A stretch of 63,990 bases of DNA, counting the filler, from Octopus bimaculoides (taxonomy: Eukaryota), in the NCBI RefSeq assembly GCF_001194135.2. It is 6 parts of 5 records of this genome, joined end to end, with 100 filler letters (N's around TTAATTAATTAA, not from the genome) between each part and the next. Parts side by side here need not be neighbours in the genome. Positions count along the whole stretch, not along the records: positions 1 to 26,342 come from NC_069002.1; 5 more parts are not named here. One strand, given 5' to 3'. Shown in pieces: positions 1 to 13,966 of the stretch. The notes under the pieces were generated by a model that saw nothing but the letters and a program-made list of their open reading frames with translations, ran no database searches and was not told the DNA's origin. Every line of letters starts with the position of its first letter. The first letter of the stretch is position 1. A program made the translations under genes and the position numbers.

Positions 1-251
1 ATATATATATATCATCATCATCATCATCATCATCGTTTAACGTCCGCTTTCCATGCTAGCATGGGTTGGACGATTTGACTGAGGACTGGTGAAACCGGAT
101 GGCAACACCAGGCTCCAAATATATATATATATATATTTTCCTGTCTTCCTTAAAGTTCCGTATCATTTCAGATGCTGTTCATAATTCCATGCTTTAAGAT
201 CTGCTCGAATTCCATGTGTAACAGGAAGGCCTAGCATTGAAACTTTAGTAT

Positions 252-466
252 ACCTTTAGTATTGAAACTGGCCACATCCAGCCCGAAATGTGCTACCTGT
301 TTCACTTTCAAACTGGCCAGATCTTCCCTCTTACACCTACCCTACAATGTCATCCTGTAACTAAACATTCATTGACATTTCAAAGGTACAAGATAATACA
401 TGATTTATAGAAAGCAATGTGAATAAATAAGGATTACTTTGACAGAGTAATCTGAATGGTAAAGGG
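252..466. mobile_element. piggyBac-like MITE (CCCTTTAGCATT...AATGCTAAAGGG family), decayed left end
   Basis: Same internal sequence as the copies at 18420, 32031 and 34003; right end AAAGGG followed by TTAA (467-470). Confidence 0.7.
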
Positions 467-643
467 TTAAAGTTCTGCTATTCATATTTTTCATGTGTGG
501 TGAACTTCCCTATTTTCTGCGTTCTTGGTACCAAGTTTACAAAACAGTGAGTGTGTCTCAGGGTTTAAGACAACAAGTATAAACCAAAATTACCTTTTTA
601 ACAATCATGGGATCAGACAGTCTTTGACTTTTTCTGTCTAAAC

Positions 644-991
644 CAGTGGTTCTCAACCAGGGTTCATATGGGCCCTAAAGGTCCATATAAGATTTTTCGG
701 GGTCCCCACAACAAAATAGTAAGTTGGAGGTCCACAATAGTATTTTAAGGGCCCCTGAAAAAATTTTGCATTGTATGTATGTATTGATATGTATTGCAAG
801 AAACAGCTGAGTTTCTTTCTCTAACATTTTACATATTTCAACCTAAACAAGGTTCTGTGTGAAAAACAAGACAGGAATTTTGAAAGAAGTTTCTGTAAAA
901 CTAATTTTTAAATAATGAATAGCTAAGGGTTCCATCAAAATAAAATAGCAATCAAACAGATCCATAGGTAAAAAATGGTTGAAAAACCCTG
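644..991. mobile_element. hAT-like MITE
   Basis: Imperfect TIRs CAGTGGTTCTCAACC / GGTTGAAAAACCCTG; 8-bp flanks GTCTAAAC and ATCTAAAG resemble a decayed hAT target-site duplication. Confidence 0.75.
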
Positions 992-1257
992 ATCTAAAGA
1001 CTTTTTAAACTAATATTTCCATGCTATTATTTAAAGCTTTATCTAATTTGAGTTCCACAGTAAAAACGAATTATTTTCATGTCTAAGATTTTAAATTCTT
1101 ATCTTGTCAACAACAGACAATTCTCAGTGATAAAAATGAAGCCTCTAAAGTGTAAAGAGAATTTTGAAAACTTTCTCTAATTGAATGGTAAAACATCTAA
1201 CATATAAACTGAAGATTTGAACTCAAGTTCCCATGACAACCTTCTAGTAATCAATAC

Positions 1258-1572
1258 TTGACAGAGATGGGCATCGAAACTGTTCCTCACCCTTTCTACA
1301 GTCCAGATCTTGCTCCCTCGGACTTTTGGTTGTTCCTCAAGCTGAAGGAGAACTTCTGGGGAAGTCGTTTTGAAGATGAAGGAGGCTGTGATATAAGACT
1401 CCTGGATACCTTCAGTTTGGAGGATTTCCATGGGGTCTTCAAGAAGTAGCTGGGGGTACCGCAACAAGTGCATTAGAATCATAAGACCTTACTTTGAAAG
1501 AAAATAGGCTTTTGTATTTCTTTGAAATTGTCTATCAAGAAAAAGTCTGCAAACTTCTAGAATGCACCTTGT
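1258..1572 (+). mobile_element. mariner transposase 3' remnant plus right end
   Basis: Translation PHPFYSPDLAPSDFWLFLKLKE contains the mariner YSPDLAPSD motif; the frame is disrupted downstream. Confidence 0.9.
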
Positions 1573-1772
1573 GCATTTCTATTTTCGTTGTTTATCTTTC
1601 TTGGGTTAACAAGTCTCCTTTATTAGAATCAAAAGACCTTACTTTGAAAGAAAATAGGCTTTTGTACTTCTTTGAAATTGTCTCTCAAGAAAAAGCCTGC
1701 AAAATTCTAGAATGCACCTTGTGCATTTCTATTTTCGTTGTTTATCTTTGTTGGGTTAACAAGTCTCCTTTT
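1473..1772 (+). repeat. 150-bp direct tandem duplication (1473-1622 / 1623-1772)
   Basis: Two near-identical units starting TTAGAATC and ending AAGTCTCCTTTT, differing by a few substitutions. Confidence 0.9.
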
Positions 1773-2008
1773 GGGTGAATTATTAACTTACTGCATGAAA
1801 ATGTAAAAGCAGAATATGGATAAGCATCAGCAATGGAAGGTTTGCTTCCCCGAGATAAAGGAGATTACAAGACCACACAGAAGAGAAAATGCCTGCTTCA
1901 AAACAGGATGTCTTGGATCTCCATGGAAACTGATTTCCTTAATTTAATCATAAATACAACATTCAGAGAAAGAACCAATATTTTCTGACTGAAGATAAGC
2001 CTTCTCTT

Positions 2009-2040
<32 letters not shown>

Positions 2041-3485
2041 ACACACACACACATACACGCAGACATACACATACATGCATAGATGCAAGCATGCAGATAC
2101 ATACATCCATGCTCTCACACACACACACATGTTTACACATACACACATGTGAGTATGAACACACTTATACATATTCATACATATACGCTCACGTATATTA
2201 CCTGCCTATATCAATATTACACACACATACACACATATGCACACACACTCATACATTATATGTAGAAATATTAAGAATATTANNNNNNNNNNNNNNNNNN
2301 NNNNNNNNNNNNNNNNGCAGACATACACATACATGCATAGATGCAAGCATGCAGATACATACATCCATGCTCTCACACACACACACATGTTTACACATAC
2401 ACACATGTGAGTATGAACACACTTATACATATTCATACATATACGCTCACGTATATTACCTGCCTATATCAATATTACACACACATACACACATATGCAC
2501 ACACACTCATACATTATATGTAGAAATATTAAGAATATTATATACATATTATGTATGTTTATGTTACATATATAGGCACAAGCATGGCTGTGTGGTAAGA
2601 AGCTTGCTTCTCAACTACATGGTTCCAGCTTCAGTCCCACTGTGTGGCAACTTGGGCCAACCAAAGCCCTGTGAGTGAATTTACTAGATGGAACCTGAAA
2701 GAAGCTTGTCGTATATATACATGCATATATGGGTACAGGACATCACCAACGGTGCAAATAACATGAAATACATAAACAGCAAGAAAAAAGAAATGGAAAA
2801 CAGGACAAGTAAACACAGACAAAGACCCCTTTATCAGTTGTCGGCTGTCTATCTACTCCTCATTTTCAGCATTCAATGACAATATGAGTCTTTAATGATA
2901 GTTGCTCCCATAAATTCTAAAATGAAATTTAGGATTTATGGAGGGGACAAAAGTTGGGGACAAAAACATGACAGTAGAGACATACAATGAAACCGAATGA
3001 AAACAAACATGGAGGGTTGTTAGACCAGAATGACAGGAAAATAGTGAACGCTGGGAGAAACATTTTTTTGAAAAGAGAAGCAATAGAGAGAGAGGAAAAC
3101 ACATCTGTTCTTTTGAATGTTCATACAGGAAAAGAAAGATGGTCATGTGAGGAAAAGAAAGATGGACGATGGTCATGTGCATGCAATGAGAGAGAGAGGA
3201 GGAGGAGGAGATAGAGGGAGAGACCGATAGAGAACGGTGAAGGAAGGAGGGAGAGGAAAAGGGAATTAGAGAAAGATGGAGGAAGAAAACAGTAGAGAGT
3301 AGAGAGTTGCATCAAAAAGGTGAAGATAAACTTACTTGGAAATGGATGCATCACGTTCTTTTACAGGGCTTAGAAAAACTGCAGTAAGTGTGTGAATCTG
3401 AGAGGGGAATATGTTGAATAAAATCATAATTAACTGAACCTCTTGTATTTTCTTTTAACCAAAGCCAGAAATTTCTCAGCATCTC

Positions 3486-3545
<60 letters not shown>

Positions 3546-4028
3546 CATCATTATTTAACGTCCGTTCTCCATGCTGGCACTAACTGGATAGCTTGATAAG
3601 AACTGGCAAAGCCATGGACTGCACCACGTTCCACACACATACATTCAACATACATACATATGTATGTATGTATGTATGCATATAACTATTAGTAATGGGA
3701 TTCAATAGAATCTAGGCCCATAAATATATAGGATGTCAGAAATGGCTAGGTAGAATAATATAAGCTTCACAGTGAGGTAAACCAACCATAAAGGTATCAC
3801 ATATTGGTAGGATACTGTACTAAATCTAATTGTATGGTATTTAATATACCTTTGTTCCCTTTTGTTATGCAATTCATGCGACAAGCTTCTCTGAGTTATT
3901 TCTTTTAATACAATTTTGATTTTTATTACACACGCAAATACACACAGTTTGGAAATACCCGTTTATATTTCTTCTTTATAACTATTCTACAATATCTTGA
4001 AGATACTAAAAAAAATAGACGAAGGCAA

Positions 4029-4065
<37 letters not shown>

Positions 4066-4811
4066 CACTGGAAATGCTGTCATGTATTTATTCATAAAAT
4101 AGGAAGGAAAAAAAAACGAGCATTGATTTATGGAAAGCTATAAGTTACGGAGCGATATTTATCAAATGTAAACAAGTAAATAACTACACTTGTCATCCAC
4201 AAAAAGTACACAAGATTTATCACCTTGAAACAGGAGTTAAGATATGTCGGTGAGAAAGACCCTCATCACAAGAGAATGTTTGTAGTTCATAGTATTAAGC
4301 TTTTGTATTTTATTCTTTGCTTTTATTAGTCATTGGTCTGTGGCCATGCTAGAGCACTGGTTTCAAGGGGTTTTTTGAATAAATCAATCCCAGGACTTAT
4401 TGTTTTCTAAATTCTAAGGAAAAAAAAAGGTGTTAAGGTGCAGGACTCATGATAATGAGATTGTGGTTTCAATTCCTGGGCAATTGTTCTTGAGCAAAAC
4501 ACTTCATTTCACTCAACTGGCAAAATGTGTGGTCCTCTGATAGACTGGTGTCCCATCCAGGGGTAAGATATACATGCTACGGAAACTGAGAAACCAGCCC
4601 TTCAGGTCTATATGATTCAGTAAGGGTCTTTATCCTTTATATCTATTTTTATTAAATTTTTACAAGAAGAGATATGATAGTGATTTCAAAGTTTCAACCA
4701 GCTAGTCTTCATCAGACTGTGCTACACACAGGAACCCCTAATAGTTTTATATAGTCTTCAGCAAGTTATCTTTCTGGGGGTAAGTGGAGCTATGTGAAAT
4801 GATAATTAGGC

Positions 4812-5170
4812 TTGGTGTATGTAAATCTGGGAAGTATGAGATATAGATATAACAATCCAGACACGGTGTTCTGGAAGAGAGAAAAGCAAGTGTCTACTGT
4901 AGTGGAATTCAATTATTCAGCAGACTTTGACATAGCAAAAACTGAAATAAGAAACATTTATGCTGAACTAACGAGAAATTTGCTGATAAAACACTTGGAG
5001 TGTAACTTTAGATTTATACTTGTGATCATTAGTTATGAAGCTAACTACTTCACGCAGGTCTTAAGAAGGTGGTGCCACAAGAGCTAAAAATACACAGCTA
5101 ATTGAGAAATTATAATTACAAGACTTAATGGAATCATGAAAATGTTTCCAAGACTCCAGAAGCTTCGTCT
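4812..5170 (+). mobile_element. decayed restriction-like endonuclease (RLE) C-terminus of an R2/R4/CRE-type non-LTR retrotransposon
   Basis: YNNPDTVFWKREKQVSTVVEFNYSADFDI...NIYAELTRNL...FRFILVII resembles the HNxPD-(D/E)xxxPxD RLE domain, by recalled family pattern. Confidence 0.6.
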
Positions 5171-6767
5171 GTAGTTTGTATATATACATAGGTAGAAATA
5201 TACTAAAAAGTGTGTAGGATTTATCTTTTGTTTCTTATCTTCTACTTGTTTCGATCATTGGATGGCAGCCATGCTGGAGTGCTGCTTTGAAGGTTTTTTT
5301 TTTTAATTGAACAAATCAGCATTAGTGAATGAATGAATGTTAAATGATGATGATGCTGACGATACATATATAAATATATGTATATAATCTTACTTAAATA
5401 TCAGAATATTAATCAATGTTTTACCTCTAATGATAAATTTTTATACTTAGTATTTGTTTTAAATCTGGAACTTTTTTTTTTTTTTGCCTGTTTCACTCAT
5501 TAGACTACGGCCATACTGGGGCACCACCTTGAATATTTAGCCAAATGAATTGACCCCAGTACTTATTTTTCAAACCTGGTTTCTTTTGCCGAACTGCTAA
5601 GTTACAGGGATGTAAACACACCAACACCAGTTGTCAAGTGGTATTTCGTCTGTTTTTATATTCTGGGTTCAAATTCTGCTGAGGTTGACTTTGCTTTTCA
5701 TCCTTCCGGGGTTGATAGATTATGTACCAGTTATGTATTGGAGTCGATCTAATTGACTGGCCCCACCTCCCTAAAAATTTCATGCCTTGTACCTAGAGTA
5801 GATAAGAATAATGGTTTCAAATTATGGTGCAAGGCCAGAAGTTTTGCAGGTGTGGTAAATCAATTACACCGATCCCAGTTTTCAATTCAGAATGTAAAGA
5901 GGGACAAAATGCCACTAAACATCCCCCCCCCCAGGGAGCTAATGATTCTATTAGCCCGCCACCCTAATAATAAGTAATAATACTGATCTCAAATTTTGGC
6001 ACAAGGCCAGCAATTTCGGGGGAAGGGTAAGTTGATTACATTGATCACAGTGCTTTTGAGCAAAAGGACGTGCAAAAGGATGAAAGGCAAAGTCGACCTC
6101 AGTAGAATTTGAACTCTGAATTTAAAAACACATGAAATACCACTAAGCATTTTGCTCGACATGCTGATTCTACCAACTCTGCCACCTTAACATCATCGGA
6201 TAATAACATTAACCTACCTTCATTCAAAACGAAGGTGAATTAATATCATTATCCAACGAGCCAAAGAGATGGTGAAACTGACAGTTGTAATGCAATCACT
6301 AGTTAATTCTATTCTGTCCGTATCACAAGGCTATTTACATAGCTTACTTGTACCAGCTGAGTCAAAAGACTATTTGCATTTCTTGTTTGTCTTCGGTCCA
6401 GTTCTTGTTCTCTAATATTTACACCTAGTAGCCTTTAGCTTTAACTATTCAACACTACTTAGCATCGTGTTCTTCATATTAGTTGGTGTTTGAAACTACA
6501 TCGAATGTTCAGTCGATGCCTGATGAAGAGAAACCTTTGTCTTTATGTTGCGTTTTATTTACATTGTACTTTGTCCATTTTACTGTCTTGTTCCGTAATG
6601 TCTTATTCTCACTATCTTCTAGTCTGTCCATGTAAACACTTCTTCAACGATATTTCTTGTTTGAACTGTACCCCCTCGCTTCGATTTACATAAATGTTTA
6701 TTCTTCACTTTGTTCTGCTTATTTTGTTACTTTCACATACTCGCATCTTCTTCGCTCTTAGTACAGA

Positions 6768-6803
<36 letters not shown>

Positions 6804-6934
6804 ACATGAATGTGTGTATCTCTTACTTTTCATCTTTTACTTGTTCCAGTCATTGGACTGTGGCCATGCTGGGGCCCTGCTCAGAAGGATTCAGTTAAAC
6901 AAATTAGCACTAGTATTTATTTTCTAAGGATAAA

Positions 6935-7640
6935 GGGAAAGGGTAAAGACAACCCCCTTCGGTCAAGAATGACCATGGGACTGCATTTAGAAACTTCCCC
7001 TCGACGACACAAGTCTGGGCGAGGTTGTTTATGGAAGACCAGCAATCACCCATGCATACCGGCCTCCGCTCTCCACGCCACTGATGTTACCCAAGGGAAA
7101 GGCAAAGGCTAATACAGCTTTAACACCAGTGATATCACATCTCATTTCTACAGCTCAGTGAGCTGGAAAAACGTGAAATAAAGTGTCTTGCTCAAGAACA
7201 CAACACACAACCTGGTCCAGGAATCGAACTCACTACTTCACGATTATGACCCTGACGCTCTAACCACTGAGCCATGCACCTTTATACAGCATGCATGGTA
7301 AAGGGTAAAAACCCCCTTTGGTTATGAATGACCATGGGATTGCACTTACAAAGTTACCTTCCAAGGTACAAGACCGGGCAAGGTCGTTTATGAAAGACCA
7401 GCAGTTGCTCATGCATACCTGCCTCTTGCCTCTACACCACCGATGTTATCCAAGGGAGAGGCAAATGCTAATACAGGTTGGCACCAGTGATGTTGCAACC
7501 CATATCTACAGCTGAGTGAACTGGAGCAACATGAAATAAAGTGTCTTGCTTGAAAACACAATGCAATGCCTTGTCCAGTAATTGAAACCACAATCTTACC
7601 ATCATTAGTACAACACCCTAACCACTAAGCCATGTGCTGT
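6935..7640 (-). mobile_element. two adjacent copies of a tRNA-headed SINE family (about 6935-7285 and 7296-7640)
   Basis: Both carry reverse-complemented A/B-box-like heads (GGCTCAGTGGTTAGAGCG...GAGTTCGATTCC) and the shared GTTCTTGAGCAAGACACTTTATTTCA core. Related copies lie near 4428, 12505, 39585, 43725 and 45738. Confidence 0.8.
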
Positions 7641-7914
7641 CCCTGTTATTTTCTAAAGCCTGGTGCTTATTCTATCGGTCCCTTTTGCCCAATCCTAAGA
7701 CACAGTTAATACAGACAGACTGACACTAGTTGTCAAGTGGTGGTGGTGGGCAACAGATACACACACAAATATATTATTAACATGTTGGCGTTAGGAAGGG
7801 CATCCAACCATAGAAACTATGTGAAAGCAAACAACTGGAGCATGGTGCACTTTCTTGCTTGTCAAATTCTATTGAACCATCTATAAACGGTGCCAGTATG
7901 GAACATGGACATTA

Positions 7915-9215
7915 GATAGTGATGGTGATGGTGAAGATGATGGTGATGACGATGAGGAGGAGGAAGATGACGATGACGATAATGACGAGGAGGAGGATGA
8001 CAATGACGGTGATGACAATGAAGAGGAGAATGACAACGACGATGATGACAATGAGGAGAAGGAGGAAGAAGAAGAGGAAGAAGAAGAATAGGAAGAAGAA
8101 GAAAAAGAGGAAGAAGAAGAGGAAGATGAAGAAGAAGAAGAAGGGGAAGAAGAGGAGGACAACAACGACGATGATAATGATGACGATGACAGTGATGGTG
8201 ATAATGATGACGATGACTCTGCTGCTTTTGCCGCCACTGCCACTGTCATCACTGCTTCCACTGCTGACAACAACAGGGATGATGATATATATGATAAGCT
8301 TCCACACAGTCTCCATCAACCAAATTCACTCTCAAGGCTCTGGTTGGTTTGGAGCAACAGTAGAAGACACTTGCCCAAGGTGGCGCGAAATAGGACTGAA
8401 CCCAAAACCCCATGGCTGCAAAACAAGCTTCTTCACCACACAGCCATGCCTATGTTTATCACACAACCATTTTGGCACTTTTGGACACAGCCAGCTATTT
8501 TGCAGGAGGGAGGGATGGGGCGGGTTAAACCAATCACATCAACCCCAGTACTTGACTGGTACTTTATTTTATTAACTCCGAAAGGATAGAGGGCAAAGTT
8601 GACCTCGGTGGGATTTGAACTCAGAATGCTTAAGAGTCCGAAGAAATGACTCAGCATTTATTCTGATGAGCTAATGATTCTGCCAGCTCATCACCTTAAC
8701 CTAATACCAACATTAACATCATCATCCTTACCTCAACCAGCAGCAACAGCAGTACCACCACCACTAACAACAACAACACTACCACCACCAGCTCCACCAC
8801 CACCAGCTCCACCACCACCATCACCACCACCGTTGAGTGTATAGGAAGATAATGAAATCCAAAATGTCAATTGAAGATCTTAGCCAGAAGCAACTTTGGT
8901 TATTTCTACTGGATGGGTGAACAGAACGGTATTGGCGGTGGTGGTGGTGGTGGTGGTGGTGGTGGTAGTTGTCATGGTGGAGATTGGTCTAGGATGGTCA
9001 AAGACCGGACAGATTCTGAAGACGGTCCTCTTCAGGATGAGTGGAGAGAGAAGAGAGAATGGTGGTGAGGGGTTGCGGGTTGGAGTGTTGGCAAAGATCA
9101 AAGAAAACAGAAGACAAAGGCGAAAAGGATGAGGATGATGGTGATGGTGATGATGATGATGATGATGATGATGGTGATGATGATGGTGATGAGGCTTGCT
9201 ATGTTTATAACAAAA

Positions 9216-9252
<37 letters not shown>

Positions 9253-10592
9253 CCACCACATCCTCTTCTTCCTCCTCCTTCTCTCCGTCTCTTCCACATC
9301 GTTATCGTTGTCGTCGTCATCATCATTGTTGTCGTTGTTGTTGTTGTTGTCATTGTCGATGTTGTTGTCCTCGTCATCATCGCAAAAAAAGTTAAAAGAA
9401 AACAGGAAACAAGAACAAAAGAAGCTCATGGCAGTGGTGGTGGTCGTGGAGGTTGAGATGTTCAGATGATGATGATGATGACGATGGCGATGATGATGAT
9501 GATGATGATAACGTTGACAATGGCAATGATGTTGATGATGATGATGATGATGATGACTGATGGTGATCATGGTGATGATGATCATCATCATCGTCATCGT
9601 CATCGTCATCATGATGCTGACGGTGATTACAACAGTGTTCACAATGATGATACTGATAGAGAAGATAACGAAGATGTTGATGATGATGATGATGATGTTG
9701 ATAACGATGATAATGATGACAGCGATGATGTATGTGATGACGTTGATGACAATGATGTATGTCGATCTGATGACAATGATATACGTGGGATTTTGTTGTC
9801 AACGGTGATGTCATTCATGACATCAATGATTGTGTCATTAGTGATAGTTAATAGTAACAGTGGTGGTGGTCGTGGTAGGAAGGAATGGGCATCTGGTGAG
9901 GAGTGATGTGGGAAAAAAAGAGAAACATGTGGTGGCAACGTTTCCTTCCTATTCTTGTAAACCAAAGTTCAAATAGAAAGAAGGAAAGAAAGAAAGGAAG
10001 AAAGAAAAAAAGGAAAGGAAGAATGAAGTTGCACTTGTACAAGAAATTCTTTGATATTTCGGAAATGCAAAGCATGAATAACAGAATAAGGAGGACAAAG
10101 TGAATGCTGGAATACCAAATGCAAAATGTGTTTAGGAAGACGGAACCGTAGGTGGTGGCTTCGGTTAAATGCATTAGACATTATCAAAGGTGTTGGTTAA
10201 CAGTCGTTTTGGAACAAAGAAGACCAGTTCGGTCTGGAACCATTTAGACTGGTTCCACAGGATGTTTCTACAGAGGCAACATTGTTGCATTCCATATGGC
10301 CTGTCATTTCAATAAAACTCGCAGATTTTGATAAATATTACAAATATGATGTATTCTCTCCATCTATCCTGTTAACAGTTTGACACTATCTCTCCAGTCA
10401 ACACCTACACACTGTGTCTGTCTGTCTATCTATTTATCTATCTATCTATCTATCAACCAATCAACCAATCAATCAGTCAGTCAGTCACTCACTCACTCAA
10501 TCAATCTATCTATCTATCTATCTATCTACTTCAACATTTAATGAAAGCAGCCACAATTCACCTGTCTCTCTTCCTATGTATCTGTGTCTGTT

Positions 10593-10624
<32 letters not shown>

Positions 10625-10627
10625 CCC

Positions 10628-10669
<42 letters not shown>

Positions 10670-11265
10670 TACCCAGGGTGCCCACTAAAGAAATATATTG
10701 TTTTGTTTGCTTCTTCTTCCATACCATTGTTGGTAACTTCAGTTTTTTTACAATACACGATATTAATGAAAGATAACAATGGACTTTAAAACAACGCAAA
10801 CAGTAACGAGAACAACAAAAAAACATCATTAACAACATTAGTGAAACCACCACCACCATCATCATCATCATCATCGTCACCATCACCAGCACACCATCGT
10901 TGTCGTCGTCACCATCACTCCCCCAACACCACCACCACCGTTGTTATCATCATCATCAACAATACCAGTACGAATCAATAACAACAATATCACCATTGTC
11001 ATCATCATCATCATCTTAAGCAACAAACGCAATATCATAAACAACATCAACATCAATAACATTAATAACAAACAATAACAACACAGCAACAATCATGATT
11101 GTGATGATCTTCGACACCACCATAGCAGCCACCACTGCCACTATCATCATCACCATCATCTTCATCATCATCACCATCTTCATCATCGTCGTTGTTGTCG
11201 TCCTCATCTACATCATCATCATCATCATCATCATCCTTACTATCATCATTATTGTCGTCATTATC

Positions 11266-11297
<32 letters not shown>

Positions 11298-12140
11298 CAT
11301 TATCATTATCATCATCTTCATGATCATCTTCATCATCTTCATCACCATCATAATCATAGTCATCATCATCATCATCATCATACATCTCTAACCAAAACAA
11401 AATCCAAACGAAAATGTAAAATAAATAAAAAAAAAACAGAAGAGAATGAAAAAAAAAACCTAATTTAATAAGATAAAACATGAACCGAAAAGCAAATCTA
11501 ATCATCATCATCCACCACCACCACCATCGTCATCATCATCATCATCTTTATCATTATCTCTTCATACATTTGTTTATCTATTATCGTTATTATTTTTTTT
11601 TGTTTTCTCATTTAAAAAAAAACAACTTTTTTTATTTGAATAAAAATTCAATTCTCGTGTAATATATACCACCGAGACAAATTAGATTGACTAAAAATCT
11701 GTAATTAGCATAAATATTGATTAGTTAGTCAGTGTGTGTGTGTGCGTTTCTTTTTCTTTTTTTTTTAATGAAAAACATACACTGAAAAAAAGCAGAAAAC
11801 AGCAAAAAAATAAAAAAAAGAACACAAAATAAAACAGAACAATAATAATCTTATTACCATCACCATTATCATTTTCATTATTATTACCATTATTATTATC
11901 ATTACTATTATCATTATTATCATTATTATTATTATTATTATTACTAATATTGTTATTACTATCACTACAATTATTGTTATTGTCATAATTATTATCATTA
12001 TTATTATCATTATTATTATCATTATTATTATTATTAATAATATTATTATTATTATTATTATCATTGTTGTTGTTGTTATTATTATTAATATTATTATTAT
12101 TATTATCGTTGTTGTTATTATCATTATTATTTTTTGAAGA
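7915..12140. repeat. compound trinucleotide microsatellite field (GAT/CAT, GAA, GGT, ATT, GTT), interrupted by a few complex islands
   Basis: Directly visible; it explains the poly-D/M/H/S/I/N ORFs in the track. Confidence 0.95.
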
Positions 12141-12889
12141 CACAAACCAGCATGATAGTTAATTTGTTACGTCAATCAGATAGAACAATAGCAATTAAGA
12201 ACTAATTATGATGTTTATAGTCATTTATTTATACCAGTGTTTGTTATTTTTTTTTTTATATTTGCTTTTTGGTTGCATTTTTTTATACACCGTGGGGGGG
12301 GGGAAAGAAGACAGAAAAAGAAAGAGAGAAGCAGAAAGAGAGAGAAAGATAGGGAGTAAGAGACAACCAGAGAGAGAGAAAAAGAAAGAGAGAAGGAGAG
12401 AGAGAGAGAGATTAGATTTTTCTATTGTTATTCTGACAATAAGAAGTTGAATTACGAAGAGCTCATTGACAAATTAAATGTTGCCCAGTTGTAGAAGAAT
12501 ATAGGCACGTGTGGTCTAGTGATAAAGGTGCTGCACTCACGATAGCAAGATTGTGGTTTCAATTCCTGATCCACGCAATGTGTTGTGTTCTTGAGCAAGA
12601 CATTTCGTTTCACACTGGCCCAGTCCACTCAGCTGTAAATGAGTTGTCCTGCAATGGGCTGGTATCCTGTTCAAGAGAGCAGGGTTGGTCTGTTGTGATA
12701 TCAGTCATTTATATGCTATGGAAATTGGTTAACTGGGCTTGTGAATCTGATGACGTGAGAATGGAAAGATATATATATATCCTCTGGACAGTGTTTCTAT
12801 AACTATATGTTATTCTGGCTTGTATGAAACTTGTGTTGTGTACATCTACCAATATATATCGGTTGTCAAGTGATGATACATACATACAT

Positions 12890-12929
<40 letters not shown>

Positions 12930-13215
12930 CATGCTTCTTTCAGTTTCCATCTATCAAATCCAGTCACAAAGCTTTGGTTGACCTGATGCTATAGTCGAAA
13001 ACACTTCCCAAAGGTGCCATGCCATGGGATTGAACCTGGAATCATGTGGTTGGGAAGCAAGCTTCTTACCACACAGCCATATACACACACACATATATAT
13101 AGACATACACACATGTATATGTATGTATAATACACATATATGTACATGTATATATGTATTTATCATTACAGTGTCATCATATTTAATGTTATATACACAC
13201 ATGTATTCAGTCCCC

Positions 13216-13462
13216 GTCTCTTTTCATACCTAGATTTTGCTGATGACAGAGTTATTCTTGTTGAGTCTCTGGATGTCTTAAGGAGCTCTCTCTCTTTTTA
13301 CTGAGTGAGGCTGCAGAACCACTTGACCTTAGAGTCTCTTGGGCCAGGACAAAGACCCAAGTTTTCATTGGCTTCTTGGAGGATTCCACCACGTCTGTCT
13401 CTGTTGTGTGTTAAAATGCCGGAAGTTGTTGACCGCTTCACTTATCTCAGCAGTGAGATTCA
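13216..13462 (+). mobile_element. RTE-like LINE reverse-transcriptase fragment
   Basis: Translates to LDFADDRVILVESLDVL...LRVSWARTKTQ...VVDRFTYLSSEI with frameshifts, matching the RT (Y/F)ADD motif and the FxYLGS thumb motif. Confidence 0.8.
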
Positions 13463-13929
13463 ACCCAAAGTTTGATCAAATCTAATTCTAGGACACAAAT
13501 AAAAGACTTTAGAATTGTCTGTAGCTTCAAATTTGAAGTGATGAGATTTGAAAGCCATATAAGGTGACCTGCACGAGTGTCTGGCGCAGCTATTGAAAAA
13601 TGGAAGATTTAAAGGATTTTGGTATTGTACTGCATGCTGACAGGAATGGTAATAGTAAATAAAAATATTTATAGACAAAATCACATCTATAGTTGTAGAA
13701 TTCACCTTACAAAGCTGACAATCGTTTCTGTCGTATTAACATAATTCAGATAGAGAAATTAATATTTCTGAAAATACATGTTAACAAGGCAAGCTAAAAT
13801 TTTGTTATGTATATATATATATACATAAAATGATAAATATGTATGTATGTATGTATACACACACACACGAGTGGATTTGGTAGACAGAAACTGAAAGAAG
13901 CCCATCATATATATATATGTGTGTGTGTG

Positions 13930-13966
<37 letters not shown>

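Noticed and set aside
2059-2540. Apparent 224-bp direct repeat (2059-2282 / 2317-2540)
   Set aside because: Identical copies sit on either side of a short N gap, which is typical of an unmerged contig overlap.
7881-12145. Numerous 100-220 aa ORFs (poly-D, M, H, I, N, S)
   Set aside because: They are read-throughs of trinucleotide microsatellites, open in several frames on both strands, with no splice or homology support.
13460-13705. 81-codon minus-strand ORF with a pyrimidine-rich acceptor
   Set aside because: No recognisable homology and only a weak donor; it overlaps the end of an RTE fragment.
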